Source: Nibricoccus sp.
GTDB lineage: Bacteria; Verrucomicrobiota; Verrucomicrobiia; Opitutales; Opitutaceae
Assembly: GCA_047602425.1 (NCBI GenBank)
Contig: JASGHG010000001.1
Location: forward strand, 2,080,001 to 2,144,000
Direction of reading: 5' to 3'
Length of the DNA: 64,000 bases
Under the pieces are notes generated by a model. The model had not been told where the DNA came from. It saw only the letters and a list, made by a program, of their open reading frames with translations, and did no database searches. Shown piece by piece: positions 9,348 through 18,864 of the stretch. Position 1 is the first letter of the stretch, and each line of letters starts with the position of its first letter. The position numbers were made by a program, and so were the translations under genes.

Positions 9348-10958
9348 ATGCGCACACTCACTGCCGCACTTTTCGTCTTCGCCGCCTTCGCGCCCTGCGA
9401 TGTTTTCGCCAAACGCGAGTCACCCGTCGAACAAGCCATCCGCACTCATACGCTTCTTCTCGGCAATGGCGCCGAACCCCGCGACCTCGATCCTCACGTC
9501 GTCAACGCTTATACCGACTACAACATCCTTATCGCCCTCTTCGAAGGGCTCACCGTGCTTGATGAAGCCACATCGCGCCCGCTGCCCGGCATGGCCGAAC
9601 GTTGGGATATCTCCAACGACGGACTCGTCTACACCTTCCATCTTCGCGCCGACGCCACGTGGTCCAATGGTGACGCTCTTACGGCCGACGATTTTGTTTT
9701 TTCGATGGAGCGCATCCTTTCGCCAGACCTCGCTTCGCAATATGCCTACATGCTCGCCCCGATCAAAGGCGCCGAGGATTACACCGCTGGCAAAATTAAA
9801 AACTTCGCCGAAGTCGGCGTCCGCGCCCTCGATCCCCGCACACTCCAGATCACCCTCGCCCGACCCACTCCCTATCTCCTATCGCTCGCCGCACACCAGG
9901 CCTGGTTCCCCGTGCACAAGTCCACCATCCTCAAGTTCGGCAAAGCCCACGACCGGGATACGCGCTGGACCCGCCCCGAAAACCTCGTCGGCAACGGCCC
10001 GTTCACCCTCGTCTCGTGGGAACCCAATGTGCGCATCGTGGTGAAAAAAAATCCGCGCCATCACGACGCTGCCACCAACCGCATCGAACAAGTCGTGTTT
10101 TTCCCGTACGACGATCCCGCGACTGAAGAACGCGCCTTCCGCACCGGCCAGCTTCACGCGACTTACAGCGTGCCCACGAGCCGCATCCCGGTTTATCGCA
10201 CTCAAAACCCCTCTCCTCTCCGCATCGAACCATTACTCGAAACCAATTATTTTCGCTTCAATGTCACCAAGCCTCCCTTCGACGACCCCCGCGTGCGCCG
10301 CGCCCTGAGCCTGGCCCTTGATCGCGCCACCATTGTGCGCGCGGTTCTTCAGGATACCCGCCTGCCCGCCGCCTCCCTCGTCCCGCCCAATACCGCGGGG
10401 TACAACTCCACCGCCCGCGCCACCACCGACTTCGCCGCCGCCCGCAAACTCCTGGCCGAAGCTGGATTTCCCGGTGGAAAAGGGTTCCCCCGCGTGGAGC
10501 TTCAATACAGCACGCCCGTGATCGATCCCAAGGTTGTCGAGGCCGTCCAGGAAATCTGGCGCCGGGAACTCGGCATCGACGTCGCCCTCGCCGCCCTTGA
10601 ATTTCGCGTGCACATCGACAACCAGCACAGCCTCGCCTTCCAGATTTCCGCCTCGCGCTGGATCGGCGATTACAACGACCCCTCGACCTTCACCGACCTC
10701 ATGCTTTCGGTGGGCGGCAACAACGACACGGGCTGGAAAAGCCCGGCCTACGACCAACTCGCCGACGAAGCTGCGCGCGAACGCGACGAGGCCAAGCGTT
10801 ACGCTCTCCTGCAAAAAGCCGAACAGCTTGTTATCGATGAGGCGCCGGTCGCCCCGTTCTATTTCGGCACCCGCGTTTATCTGATTCGTCCAGAAGTGAA
10901 AGGTTGGGTCTCCACCCTTCTCGGCATCCATCGGTACCAGACGCTCTCGCTCGAATAG
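9348..10958 (+). CDS. Peptide ABC transporter substrate-binding protein (OppA-like, SBP family 5)
   Basis: GNGAEPRDLDP, LFEGL, PGMAERWDISNDGLVYTFHLR, GNGPF, WIGDYNDPSTF. Confidence 0.92.
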   Translation: MRTLTAALFVFAAFAPCDVFAKRESPVEQAIRTHTLLLGNGAEPRDLDPHVVNAYTDYNILIALFEGLTVLDEATSRPLPGMAERWDISNDGLVYTFHLRADATWSNGDALTADDFVFSMERILSPDLASQYAYMLAPIKGAEDYTAGKIKNFAEVGVRALDPRTLQITLARPTPYLLSLAAHQAWFPVHKSTILKFGKAHDRDTRWTRPENLVGNGPFTLVSWEPNVRIVVKKNPRHHDAATNRIEQVVFFPYDDPATEERAFRTGQLHATYSVPTSRIPVYRTQNPSPLRIEPLLETNYFRFNVTKPPFDDPRVRRALSLALDRATIVRAVLQDTRLPAASLVPPNTAGYNSTARATTDFAAARKLLAEAGFPGGKGFPRVELQYSTPVIDPKVVEAVQEIWRRELGIDVALAALEFRVHIDNQHSLAFQISASRWIGDYNDPSTFTDLMLSVGGNNDTGWKSPAYDQLADEAARERDEAKRYALLQKAEQLVIDEAPVAPFYFGTRVYLIRPEVKGWVSTLLGIHRYQTLSLE

Positions 10959-11063
10959 CTTCATTTCGAACGGAGCGGGCCCTTCCATTTCGAGCCTCAG
11001 GCCGAGGGCGACTTGTGCCGATATTAAGGATGTAACCGGACAGCCTTACATCTCTAAGCCGCC

Positions 11064-11363
11064 ATGCCGCTCGGCGATTACAATCACTATCGCCATGGCC
11101 ACCACCCGTCGACGTGGGGGCAAGCTTCGCACGCGCTTGACTCAAAAACCCTGACGTGGCTCCCGGACGCGATCGCCACCGTAGAAGAAACTGTGCATCG
11201 CGGACGCTTGCTCACGCCATCTGAGGCGATGGCGCTCGCATGTGGCGAAGCGCGCCAAGACGAAACACTGTACTCGATTGCGCTAAAATTTTCGTATCGG
11301 CACGACTTGGATCTGGACGTGCTGTTGAAGGCGCTGCAGCAGCGGTTTCCAGGGTACGCGTGA
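11064..11363 (+). CDS. Hypothetical protein (99 aa)
   Basis: ATG-started ORF filling the gap, helical-looking C-terminus, no recognised motif. Confidence 0.55.
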   Translation: MPLGDYNHYRHGHHPSTWGQASHALDSKTLTWLPDAIATVEETVHRGRLLTPSEAMALACGEARQDETLYSIALKFSYRHDLDLDVLLKALQQRFPGYA

Positions 11364-11413
11364 GCTTCAGGAGAAGATTACACCAACTCACTTCACCTCA
11401 ATGCAGCATGCCC

Positions 11414-11447
11414 AAAAAAAAAGGCCGGCGTTTTGCACGCCGGCCTT
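11414..11447 (-). terminator. Intrinsic terminator after the pectate lyase gene
   Basis: AAGGCCGGCG-loop-CGCCGGCCTT followed by a long T run on the minus strand. Confidence 0.85.
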
Positions 11448-11475
11448 GAAGTTTAGTTCAGTGGGTTAGTTTCGA

Positions 11476-14400
11476 TTACAGACCCGGGTCGATCAACAGA
11501 CCGTTGCCATTGAGCGTCAGGTTGTCGGCTGCAACGCGTCCGGTGAGCTTGGCGCTGCCGTTAATTGTCACCCGACCATTCGGAATGACAACCGAGGCGC
11601 TCAAGGAGACGCTGCCGTTCAAGGTGAGATCACCATTGGCGATCTCGAGCGTGAAGGGCTGATCGGCTGCGCCCGACGCACCGGCGCCGTTGAAGTTGAC
11701 CCCGTTGGCGAGACGAAGCACCACCGGCCCGACGATCTGGATGGTCGAGTTACCATTCATCGTGAGGCGCTGCAGATTATAGACCGCTGGTTCGGTCGCA
11801 CCGGCAACACCGAGGACGAAGGTGTTGTTGCCGTTCGAGGTCAGGTCACCGTAAGTACCAGCAGGGATCGCAACCGCGCCGATCGCGCCGTTCAACGTGA
11901 GGTTGCGCAACGTCGCGAAGTCGCCGATTGGATCTGTTGCCTTGTTCAGGTAAACATAGCGTGTGCCAGCAGGCTGCGGCACAGCGGCGACCACCGGCAA
12001 TGCGGGAGCGTCGACACGGCGCACAGCGTGACGGAGGACCGCGCCGCCGTTCAGCGTAACGCCGTAGTTATTCGGCGTTTCAATACCGGTGAAGTCGAGC
12101 GTGCCGCCGTAGGTGGGACTGCCATTGAGGCGAACCGTTGGCAGACCGGACACGAGGAGATCGAGGGAGACCATCGCTCCACCGTTCAGCGTCACCCATT
12201 CGCCGGCGATCATCTGCACCGAACCATCGACATCGCCATTCAACGTTGGTGCATGACGCACGGTTGCGGTGGCGGCGATCTTGAAGGAACCTGTCGCGGA
12301 GCCTTCGTAGTTGGCTTCGTCAATCGTGGCCGTAACCGCGTAGGTGCCGGGATAAGTCGGCGAAGAAGTCAGTCCGTCGTAGGTGAAGGCAACATTGAGA
12401 TCGGCGGGAGCAGTCGTGGCCGTCGGATTGAGCGGCTGACCCGTGTACGAACGGAGCAGATCGCTCAAGGTCACGGTCGCTGGAGCCTTTGCAATGGTTA
12501 TGGTCAGCATGGCGTTGCCCGTGCCCGCGATATTGGTCGCGCCAATTTCGAGCGTGTACGTGCCAGCCGCGGAAGGTATGCCGGAAATCACACCCGTCGC
12601 AGTGTCGAGCGCGAGACCAGGGGGCAGGCTCGAAGCGCTGAAGCTCGTAGGCACATTGCCCGCAGTGATGGCGTAACTGAAGGGCGTGCCGTACATGCCG
12701 TCGGCGGCCGTGGCGCTCGTGATGAAGGGCGTGCCGACAATCGTCATCTGCAGCGTGTTGCCGACGAGTGCGAACGAGGCGGCAAATCCGGCGGGCAGGC
12801 CGGTGGCAGAGAAGTCCGCCGCGTTGAAATCGGTCGAGCCGAAGGTGCCCACGGTGTAGACGTTGCCTGCGGCGAAAGCCGGACCGGTCGTGCAGGCAAA
12901 TGAATAACTGCCTGCCGTGCCCTTGAGGAGCGCGCCGGAAATCACCAGACCGTCGGAGCCGGTATCGAGATTGACCGAAACACTGCCGCCCGAATTCCAG
13001 GTCAGAGACGAACCAGTCACCTCGCCCAAGCCGGCAACCCCGGGAGCGATGGTGCCGCCGTCGCCCAGTGCAATGCCGCGATTGAGCGTGCCGGTGACGA
13101 CAAGCTTGCCGCCGTTGTTGACGGTGACGTTGCCACCCGCGCCGACCACGCCGGAAACGAGCAGCGTGCCCGCGTCGACGGAAACGTCACCGGTGAAGGT
13201 GTTGGTGCCAGCCAGATTCAACGTGCCGAGACCCGTTTTGCTGAAACCGCCCGTGCCGGTGAGAGATCCACCCAGCACAATGTCAAAAGCCGAACCATTG
13301 GCATCGCCAGCCCGGATCGCGGAATCGGCTGGAGTGCCGGCAAGTGCGATTGGATGCGTGGTGCCCCAGGAAGCGATCGCGCCGAGCACGCCGCTGTTCA
13401 GTGTCACCGAGGAATTCAGACCGCTCGTACCGTTTTTCACAATGCCTCCCGAACCGAGATTGAGTTCGCCAGTCGCGATCGAAACCGTGGCCGAACCAGC
13501 TGTTACGGTAGAATCATAGCCGAGTGTGAGCCGCGCGAGGTTGGTCGCGCCACCGGTGATCAGGAGCTTCGAGACGTTGTTGGCGTTTGTCCCGGGGTTG
13601 CGCGACATGATCAGACCGTAAGCGGAATCGAGCACATTGAGCTCGCCGCCGGAGACGTAGATCACGCCGCCGCGTGTCGAGGTGACTTGATAGCCGTTGT
13701 GAACGACACCAGTGACAGTGAGTTTGCCACCAGAGACGGTCATGCCGCCCCAGGAATTGCCCGTGCCAAGGCCGATGGTGCCAACAGTGGATTCGCCGCC
13801 GCCGATGAGGACGCCGGTGTTCACCGTCTGCGCTTCAGAGTCGCCACTGCGCTGGAACGTGATGTCGTCGGCCGTCATCACGCCTCCCGTTACTCTCACC
13901 CAAGCGTTGCGAGCATTGGATGGAATAATCTTTTTGAACGCCGCGGTACCGCCGCTGACCCAAACGCCTGTACCTGTGCCGGAGGTTAGCGTGATGTTGC
14001 CCGGCGTGCTGAAGGAGCCACCCGAAATGCGCAATTGCTGCGACGTCGCAATCGCGACGGAAGCCGGGGTAAATGAACCTCCCTCGCCCACTTCGACAAT
14101 GCCCTTCGTGATCGTAAGCGCCCCGGTCAATTGGGGATTAGGCTGGGTTAGTTTCAGGGTGCCCACGCCGGTCTTGGTCCAGCCCGTGGCACAAACGAGG
14201 CTTGCATCAAGAATCGTCGGGGTGGCGTTGGCCGCAGGCACATCCGCCGTGTCGCCCGTCGGCGTCGTGGCACCATCGATTTGGATGGTAGGCGTGCCAG
14301 CGCTCGCGAGCGTCAGTGTGTTGGCCGAGTTGCCGCCATTGGTGATCGTCCAACTCGCCGGGCTCGAAAAATCAACATCGCCCGTAATGAGACGCCCGAC

Positions 14401-17049
14401 CGTGCGAGGTGAATCAAGCACCACGGAAATGTCGGTCGTAAGGTCCATACCGCTGAAGTCCGCCGTGGCGCTCGTGCCACCGGCAACGCCGCCCCAAGCG
14501 GGATCCCAGTTTGCCGCGACGCTCCAGAGGTTGCCGGATTCGTCATTAATCCAGACGCCGCTTCCAGGGAGGCGCATGGCGTAGAATTGCCCACCCGTGT
14601 AGGTGCCGGAGCTGACCGTGTTGCCGGCCAGATCATTGATCGTCGAGTTGGCCTTGCGGTCGAGGCGAAGGGTGCCGTCGCCGCCTGCGCCCGTCACCGT
14701 CACATCATAAACCGAACTGTTAATTTGAACCAGCGAGGCAATGGCGCCGGTCATTCCCGTGCCCGTGGCGGTGAGTGTGAAATCTCCCGTATCCACACCC
14801 GTGACCGCCTCGGCAAAGGTCACACGGTAAACCAGTGTGCTCGAAAGCGTGCTCGCGGTGGATGGATTGCGCCGCGTGATGGAATTGATTGTCGGCGCGA
14901 CGGTGTCGACGGTGACCGTCAATGGAGCTGAAGCCGGACTGGAACTTCCGCTAAGCGTAGCCGTTGCAGTGAACTTATAAACGCCGGACGCAAGTGTGGT
15001 CCCAGTGTAGTTGAACGAGAAAGTTCCGGACGCCGTGGCCGTAACCGAACCGATCACTCCTGTGCCAACTCGGGTGATCGTCACAACAGAGCCTGCAGGA
15101 GCGGTGCCATTGAGAAAGAGCGAGGTGTCTTTGGTGATGAAGTCATTCGTCGGGGTGCCCGTGTCGTCAACAATGGCGGTGAAGACCGGCGGCGCGACCG
15201 TCGTATCGATCAAGTAAGCCGCGGAAGCCGAACCTGTGTTACCCGCCAAATCCGTCGCGATTGCCGTGAACGAGTATGCGCCAGGTGAAAGCGCCGCACC
15301 GGTGTAGGCCGCGCTCCATGCGCCCAGGCCGTCAGTGACGGCGGAGCCAACGGCTGTGCCGTCGAGCCATACTGTAATGGTCGCGTTTGCTTCAGCCGTA
15401 CCGGAGAAAACCATGCTCGGCGTGGTCACGATGCTGGTGATCGAGGGCGCGGCAGCCGCGACCGTATCGATCTTGACCACATAGACCGGCGTGGCCGGTG
15501 AAGATTTTCCGCCACCGAGGTCCGCCACCGCATAAAACGCATAGTAGCGATCGGCCAGCACCGTGCCGGTGTAATCGAATGTCCATTGTCCCGCGCCGTC
15601 CGCGAGGACGGTGCCGATCAAGCCGGTATCGACACGATAAATTGAAACTGCATTGCCGGCAGCGGCGGTGCCTTTGACGAAAACGGTTTGATCCGATGTC
15701 ACGCCGTCGGTGGTCGAGGCGCCGGAATCGCTCACAATCCCGGTTATAGCCGCGCCGGGAACACCGGTCACCGCCAGAGAATTAATGTAGTGTTCGAGAT
15801 TAGTATAGCCGTCTGCATTGAGGACGTTGTTGTCGGCAACGAGTGGATCGGTGCCGGCAGCCTGCTCCCACCAATCGGGCATGCCATCGCTGTCGATGTC
15901 GGTGGGGGCAAGCCCGCCGTTCAGCGTGCCAATGCCGCCCACTTCACTCTCGTTGAAAATTTGCGCTCCGGTCGTGCCGTACGAAAGCACTTCGTTGACC
16001 ATATAGGTATCCACGGAGTCACGACTGCGCGAGGCGCCTGAGTAGGTCAGCACTTGTTGCAAAGCCTGCGCGGGAGAGAGCGTCGTCGCGGGTGCGGGAT
16101 AGGCAAAGGCGGTTGGCACCATCTGGAGCGTCGGGAAATCCGCGTCGGTCACAGGAATGGCATCGAGCACGCCGTCGAGGTTGGTGTCCTGAAGGTTGTT
16201 GTTGTGATAAAGGCGGTAGTTGAGATTACCGGTTTTAAATGGTGAGGTGCCCACGCCGGAATTCGGGCCGCCGATGAAATAGCAGCCGATCATGTTGGCA
16301 AAAGTATCGCCCGCAGAATCACCCGCCGGGATATAGCCGCCGCCGCTGCCCCAGTTGTAGACGACGTTGTTGATGTAGTCGTTCACACCCTTGACCTTCG
16401 GATTGCGCATCCAGTTGTCCGCATAGAGCGTGCGGAAAATGCTTACGCCGCCGCTTGTCTGGATAAGACCGCCAGCCGAATGGATCAGCAGGCCCTGGCC
16501 GATGATGCTGTCCTGGATCGTGATGTTGCTGATCGGGGATCCGCTGACTGAAAACGTTTCATCGCGTCCCCAAGAAGCGGATACATGGTCAAAAATCATG
16601 TCGTGCCCCGAGGCGATGCCCACGGTGTCCGTGCCGCTGTCTCCGTTGATACCCTCGCGAAAACGCATGTAACGACAGATGGTGTTATTGGCATCCGAAA
16701 ACGAGATGCGGTTGCCGTAAAGCGCGATACCATCGCCCGGCGCGGTCTGGCCGGCAATGGTGATGTTGGCTTTCACGACCACCGGGGAGGTGATGCGGAT
16801 GATTCCGCCCACGTCGAAAACCACCGTGCGTCCCGGGGCGCTTACGGCGTCGCGAAAGGAACCGGTGCCGGAATCGTTGAGATTGGTCACGTGATAAACG
16901 GTGCCGCCACGGCCGCCGACGGCATTGGCACCGAACCCTTCGGCACCGGGAAACGCCGGGACAGCGGACAGGCTTCCGGCGGACAATAACATTGCACAAG
17001 CTGCGCTCAGACTGAGGCGCAGCGCGGAGAGAACACGCGAAGTATTCAT
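11476..17049 (-). CDS. Large secreted pectate lyase-like (PL1) multidomain protein with Ig-like, autotransporter-repeat, putative Ig and MBG domains
   Basis: Signal peptide then AFPGAEGFGANAVGGRGGTVYHVTNLNDSGTGSFRDA, TIAGQTAPGDGI, DHVSASWGRDE, RNPK, DSDGMPDWWE; Ig repeats (ATDLAGN); FSKTGLGTLNLAGTNTFTG; LPPGLALDTATGVISGIP; start taken at MNTSRV. Confidence 0.88.
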   Translation of the reverse strand: MNTSRVLSALRLSLSAACAMLLSAGSLSAVPAFPGAEGFGANAVGGRGGTVYHVTNLNDSGTGSFRDAVSAPGRTVVFDVGGIIRITSPVVVKANITIAGQTAPGDGIALYGNRISFSDANNTICRYMRFREGINGDSGTDTVGIASGHDMIFDHVSASWGRDETFSVSGSPISNITIQDSIIGQGLLIHSAGGLIQTSGGVSIFRTLYADNWMRNPKVKGVNDYINNVVYNWGSGGGYIPAGDSAGDTFANMIGCYFIGGPNSGVGTSPFKTGNLNYRLYHNNNLQDTNLDGVLDAIPVTDADFPTLQMVPTAFAYPAPATTLSPAQALQQVLTYSGASRSRDSVDTYMVNEVLSYGTTGAQIFNESEVGGIGTLNGGLAPTDIDSDGMPDWWEQAAGTDPLVADNNVLNADGYTNLEHYINSLAVTGVPGAAITGIVSDSGASTTDGVTSDQTVFVKGTAAAGNAVSIYRVDTGLIGTVLADGAGQWTFDYTGTVLADRYYAFYAVADLGGGKSSPATPVYVVKIDTVAAAAPSITSIVTTPSMVFSGTAEANATITVWLDGTAVGSAVTDGLGAWSAAYTGAALSPGAYSFTAIATDLAGNTGSASAAYLIDTTVAPPVFTAIVDDTGTPTNDFITKDTSLFLNGTAPAGSVVTITRVGTGVIGSVTATASGTFSFNYTGTTLASGVYKFTATATLSGSSSPASAPLTVTVDTVAPTINSITRRNPSTASTLSSTLVYRVTFAEAVTGVDTGDFTLTATGTGMTGAIASLVQINSSVYDVTVTGAGGDGTLRLDRKANSTINDLAGNTVSSGTYTGGQFYAMRLPGSGVWINDESGNLWSVAANWDPAWGGVAGGTSATADFSGMDLTTDISVVLDSPRTVGRLITGDVDFSSPASWTITNGGNSANTLTLASAGTPTIQIDGATTPTGDTADVPAANATPTILDASLVCATGWTKTGVGTLKLTQPNPQLTGALTITKGIVEVGEGGSFTPASVAIATSQQLRISGGSFSTPGNITLTSGTGTGVWVSGGTAAFKKIIPSNARNAWVRVTGGVMTADDITFQRSGDSEAQTVNTGVLIGGGESTVGTIGLGTGNSWGGMTVSGGKLTVTGVVHNGYQVTSTRGGVIYVSGGELNVLDSAYGLIMSRNPGTNANNVSKLLITGGATNLARLTLGYDSTVTAGSATVSIATGELNLGSGGIVKNGTSGLNSSVTLNSGVLGAIASWGTTHPIALAGTPADSAIRAGDANGSAFDIVLGGSLTGTGGFSKTGLGTLNLAGTNTFTGDVSVDAGTLLVSGVVGAGGNVTVNNGGKLVVTGTLNRGIALGDGGTIAPGVAGLGEVTGSSLTWNSGGSVSVNLDTGSDGLVISGALLKGTAGSYSFACTTGPAFAAGNVYTVGTFGSTDFNAADFSATGLPAGFAASFALVGNTLQMTIVGTPFITSATAADGMYGTPFSYAITAGNVPTSFSASSLPPGLALDTATGVISGIPSAAGTYTLEIGATNIAGTGNAMLTITIAKAPATVTLSDLLRSYTGQPLNPTATTAPADLNVAFTYDGLTSSPTYPGTYAVTATIDEANYEGSATGSFKIAATATVRHAPTLNGDVDGSVQMIAGEWVTLNGGAMVSLDLLVSGLPTVRLNGSPTYGGTLDFTGIETPNNYGVTLNGGAVLRHAVRRVDAPALPVVAAVPQPAGTRYVYLNKATDPIGDFATLRNLTLNGAIGAVAIPAGTYGDLTSNGNNTFVLGVAGATEPAVYNLQRLTMNGNSTIQIVGPVVLRLANGVNFNGAGASGAADQPFTLEIANGDLTLNGSVSLSASVVIPNGRVTINGSAKLTGRVAADNLTLNGNGLLIDPGL

Positions 17050-17285
17050 AGAGGTGGGAGGTCTAGGCCAGGGTGATGAAGCCTGGTTGGGGAACAGTTG
17101 AAACAGACGGGGGTTGAAGCGAAAGGCCGCCACGCACTAGACACGTCCGATGCGAATCAGTTCGCCTCCCTTCCACACACAACGCATGCGAAAACAGGAA
17201 ACGATAAATCGACAGCAGAGGTGAGAGGAGTGTGGCGCGAAAACGGAAGCCCTGCCCTTCCTGTGCGTCAACGGCAAACTCCGCC

Positions 17286-18446
17286 TTATTGCTGGACAGT
17301 CAGCACGCTCAACAACTCGTCAGCTGTGAGCACAAGTGGGTTCGCTTTCATGCTGCTGGCCTGCTGCGCCTGAGAGACTATTTCATGAAAATTCCCTAAC
17401 CTCACGCCGTAAGCAGCTAGCGTTGGGATTTTAAGCTTCGCGACGAGCGCTTCGATGTGGCGGACACCGGCTTCGGGCTTCGCCTTCGCGCGACCTGTGA
17501 GCCAACTGGCGATTTCACCGTACCGTAACAACGCCCGACTCTCCGGCGCACGCGCGCGCAAAGCCGCAATATTTGCCGCCATCACCGGCGCGAGCAACGT
17601 GCCGCAGACCGCTCCGTGTGGCGCGGAAAACATGCCGCCAATCGGTCCGGCAAATCCATGCACAGCGCCGAGCCCGGCATTCGCCAGCGCGATTCCGCTC
17701 CACATCGCCGCCTGCGATAAATCCGTACGCGAAGCGATATCGCGAGGATTGGCCCACACCAAATGCAACGCTCGCACGGCGCGCGGAATTCCACTCGCGC
17801 ACAACGGATCGACCATGGGGTGCGCCCGATTGCAAACGTAGGCTTCGATCAACTGCGTGAGCGCATCCATGCCCGTCGCGGCGGTGATGGCGGGCGGCAA
17901 ATCCAGTGTCAGCTCGGGGTCGATCAAAGCCGCCCGCGCCAACAAATGCGAACTGCGCAAGCTCACCTTCACCCGACGCTCGGGCACCGCCAGCACGGCA
18001 TTGCGCGTAACCTCGGCTCCCGTTCCCGCCGTCGTCGGAATCGCCAGCCAGGGCAACGCCGGATTTTTCAAAGGCTTTCCCGCGCCCACCACTTCGAGAT
18101 AGTCGAGCACTGCGCCCGGGTTGGTCGACAGACCCGCTATGGCCTTCGCAGTGTCGATCACACTGCCACCGCCAAAACCGACAATCAATTCCGCCTGCAC
18201 CGCGCGCGCCGCCGCCAGTCCTTGCGCGACGGTGTCGATCGATGGCTCGTGCGCGACAGTAAATAACGTCACGTCGATGCCAACGCTCACCAACACCTTC
18301 ACCAGATAATCGGCCCGCGCCGGGTTGCGTCCGGTTACAACGAGCGCTCGCTTGCCCCAGGGGCGTACCAATTTCCCTGCCTCGCTGAGCGTCCCGGCCC
18401 CGAAAACAATTTGCGAGGCCGTCGCGTATTCGAAACGTGTACTCAT
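17286..18446 (-). CDS. Iron-containing alcohol dehydrogenase
   Basis: GFGGGSVIDTAKA, IPTTAGTGAEVT, TGMDALTQLIEAY, GLGAVHG, HGAVC. Confidence 0.93.
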   Translation of the reverse strand: MSTRFEYATASQIVFGAGTLSEAGKLVRPWGKRALVVTGRNPARADYLVKVLVSVGIDVTLFTVAHEPSIDTVAQGLAAARAVQAELIVGFGGGSVIDTAKAIAGLSTNPGAVLDYLEVVGAGKPLKNPALPWLAIPTTAGTGAEVTRNAVLAVPERRVKVSLRSSHLLARAALIDPELTLDLPPAITAATGMDALTQLIEAYVCNRAHPMVDPLCASGIPRAVRALHLVWANPRDIASRTDLSQAAMWSGIALANAGLGAVHGFAGPIGGMFSAPHGAVCGTLLAPVMAANIAALRARAPESRALLRYGEIASWLTGRAKAKPEAGVRHIEALVAKLKIPTLAAYGVRLGNFHEIVSQAQQASSMKANPLVLTADELLSVLTVQQ

Positions 18447-18468
18447 CCGCAGAAAATCCGTCGCCTCT

Positions 18469-18774
18469 TCACCACGCTGAATCTTCGGGAAACAAATTCG
18501 CGCACTTCGTACTCGTGCGCGTCGATGCCATCATCGCATTCACCGTATCGCGCCAAGTCGCATAGTGCGCCGTCTCACGATGAGCCGCATGTCCCGCCGC
18601 ATCGTGATAAGCTTCGATCAACACGAAGCGCGAAGGATCGTCGTTTTGCTGGCAGACGTCGAAGCGTGCGCAGCCCGGTTCCTGCATGCTCGCCATGGCA
18701 TTGGCCAGCGTCGCCTTCTTAAACGTCTCGATATATTCCGCCTTCACGTGAACATTAACCAATAGGATCAACAT
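18469..18774 (-). CDS. ABM-superfamily protein, LsrG-like
   Basis: [28 protein letters not shown]; start uncertain (18774 or 18792). Confidence 0.85.
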   Translation of the reverse strand: MLILLVNVHVKAEYIETFKKATLANAMASMQEPGCARFDVCQQNDDPSRFVLIEAYHDAAGHAAHRETAHYATWRDTVNAMMASTRTSTKCANLFPEDSAW

Positions 18775-18864
18775 AAATTTTGCGTCATCCATGACATGTG
18801 TGCGCCCTGACGACAAGCCCCGGCCGCCAGGAAAGTTTTCCCACCGTCAGATTGTTCCGCTCGC

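Noticed and set aside
17050..17285. Riboswitch or sRNA in the pectate lyase leader
   Set aside because: No riboswitch consensus recognised by eye; an Rfam search would be needed.
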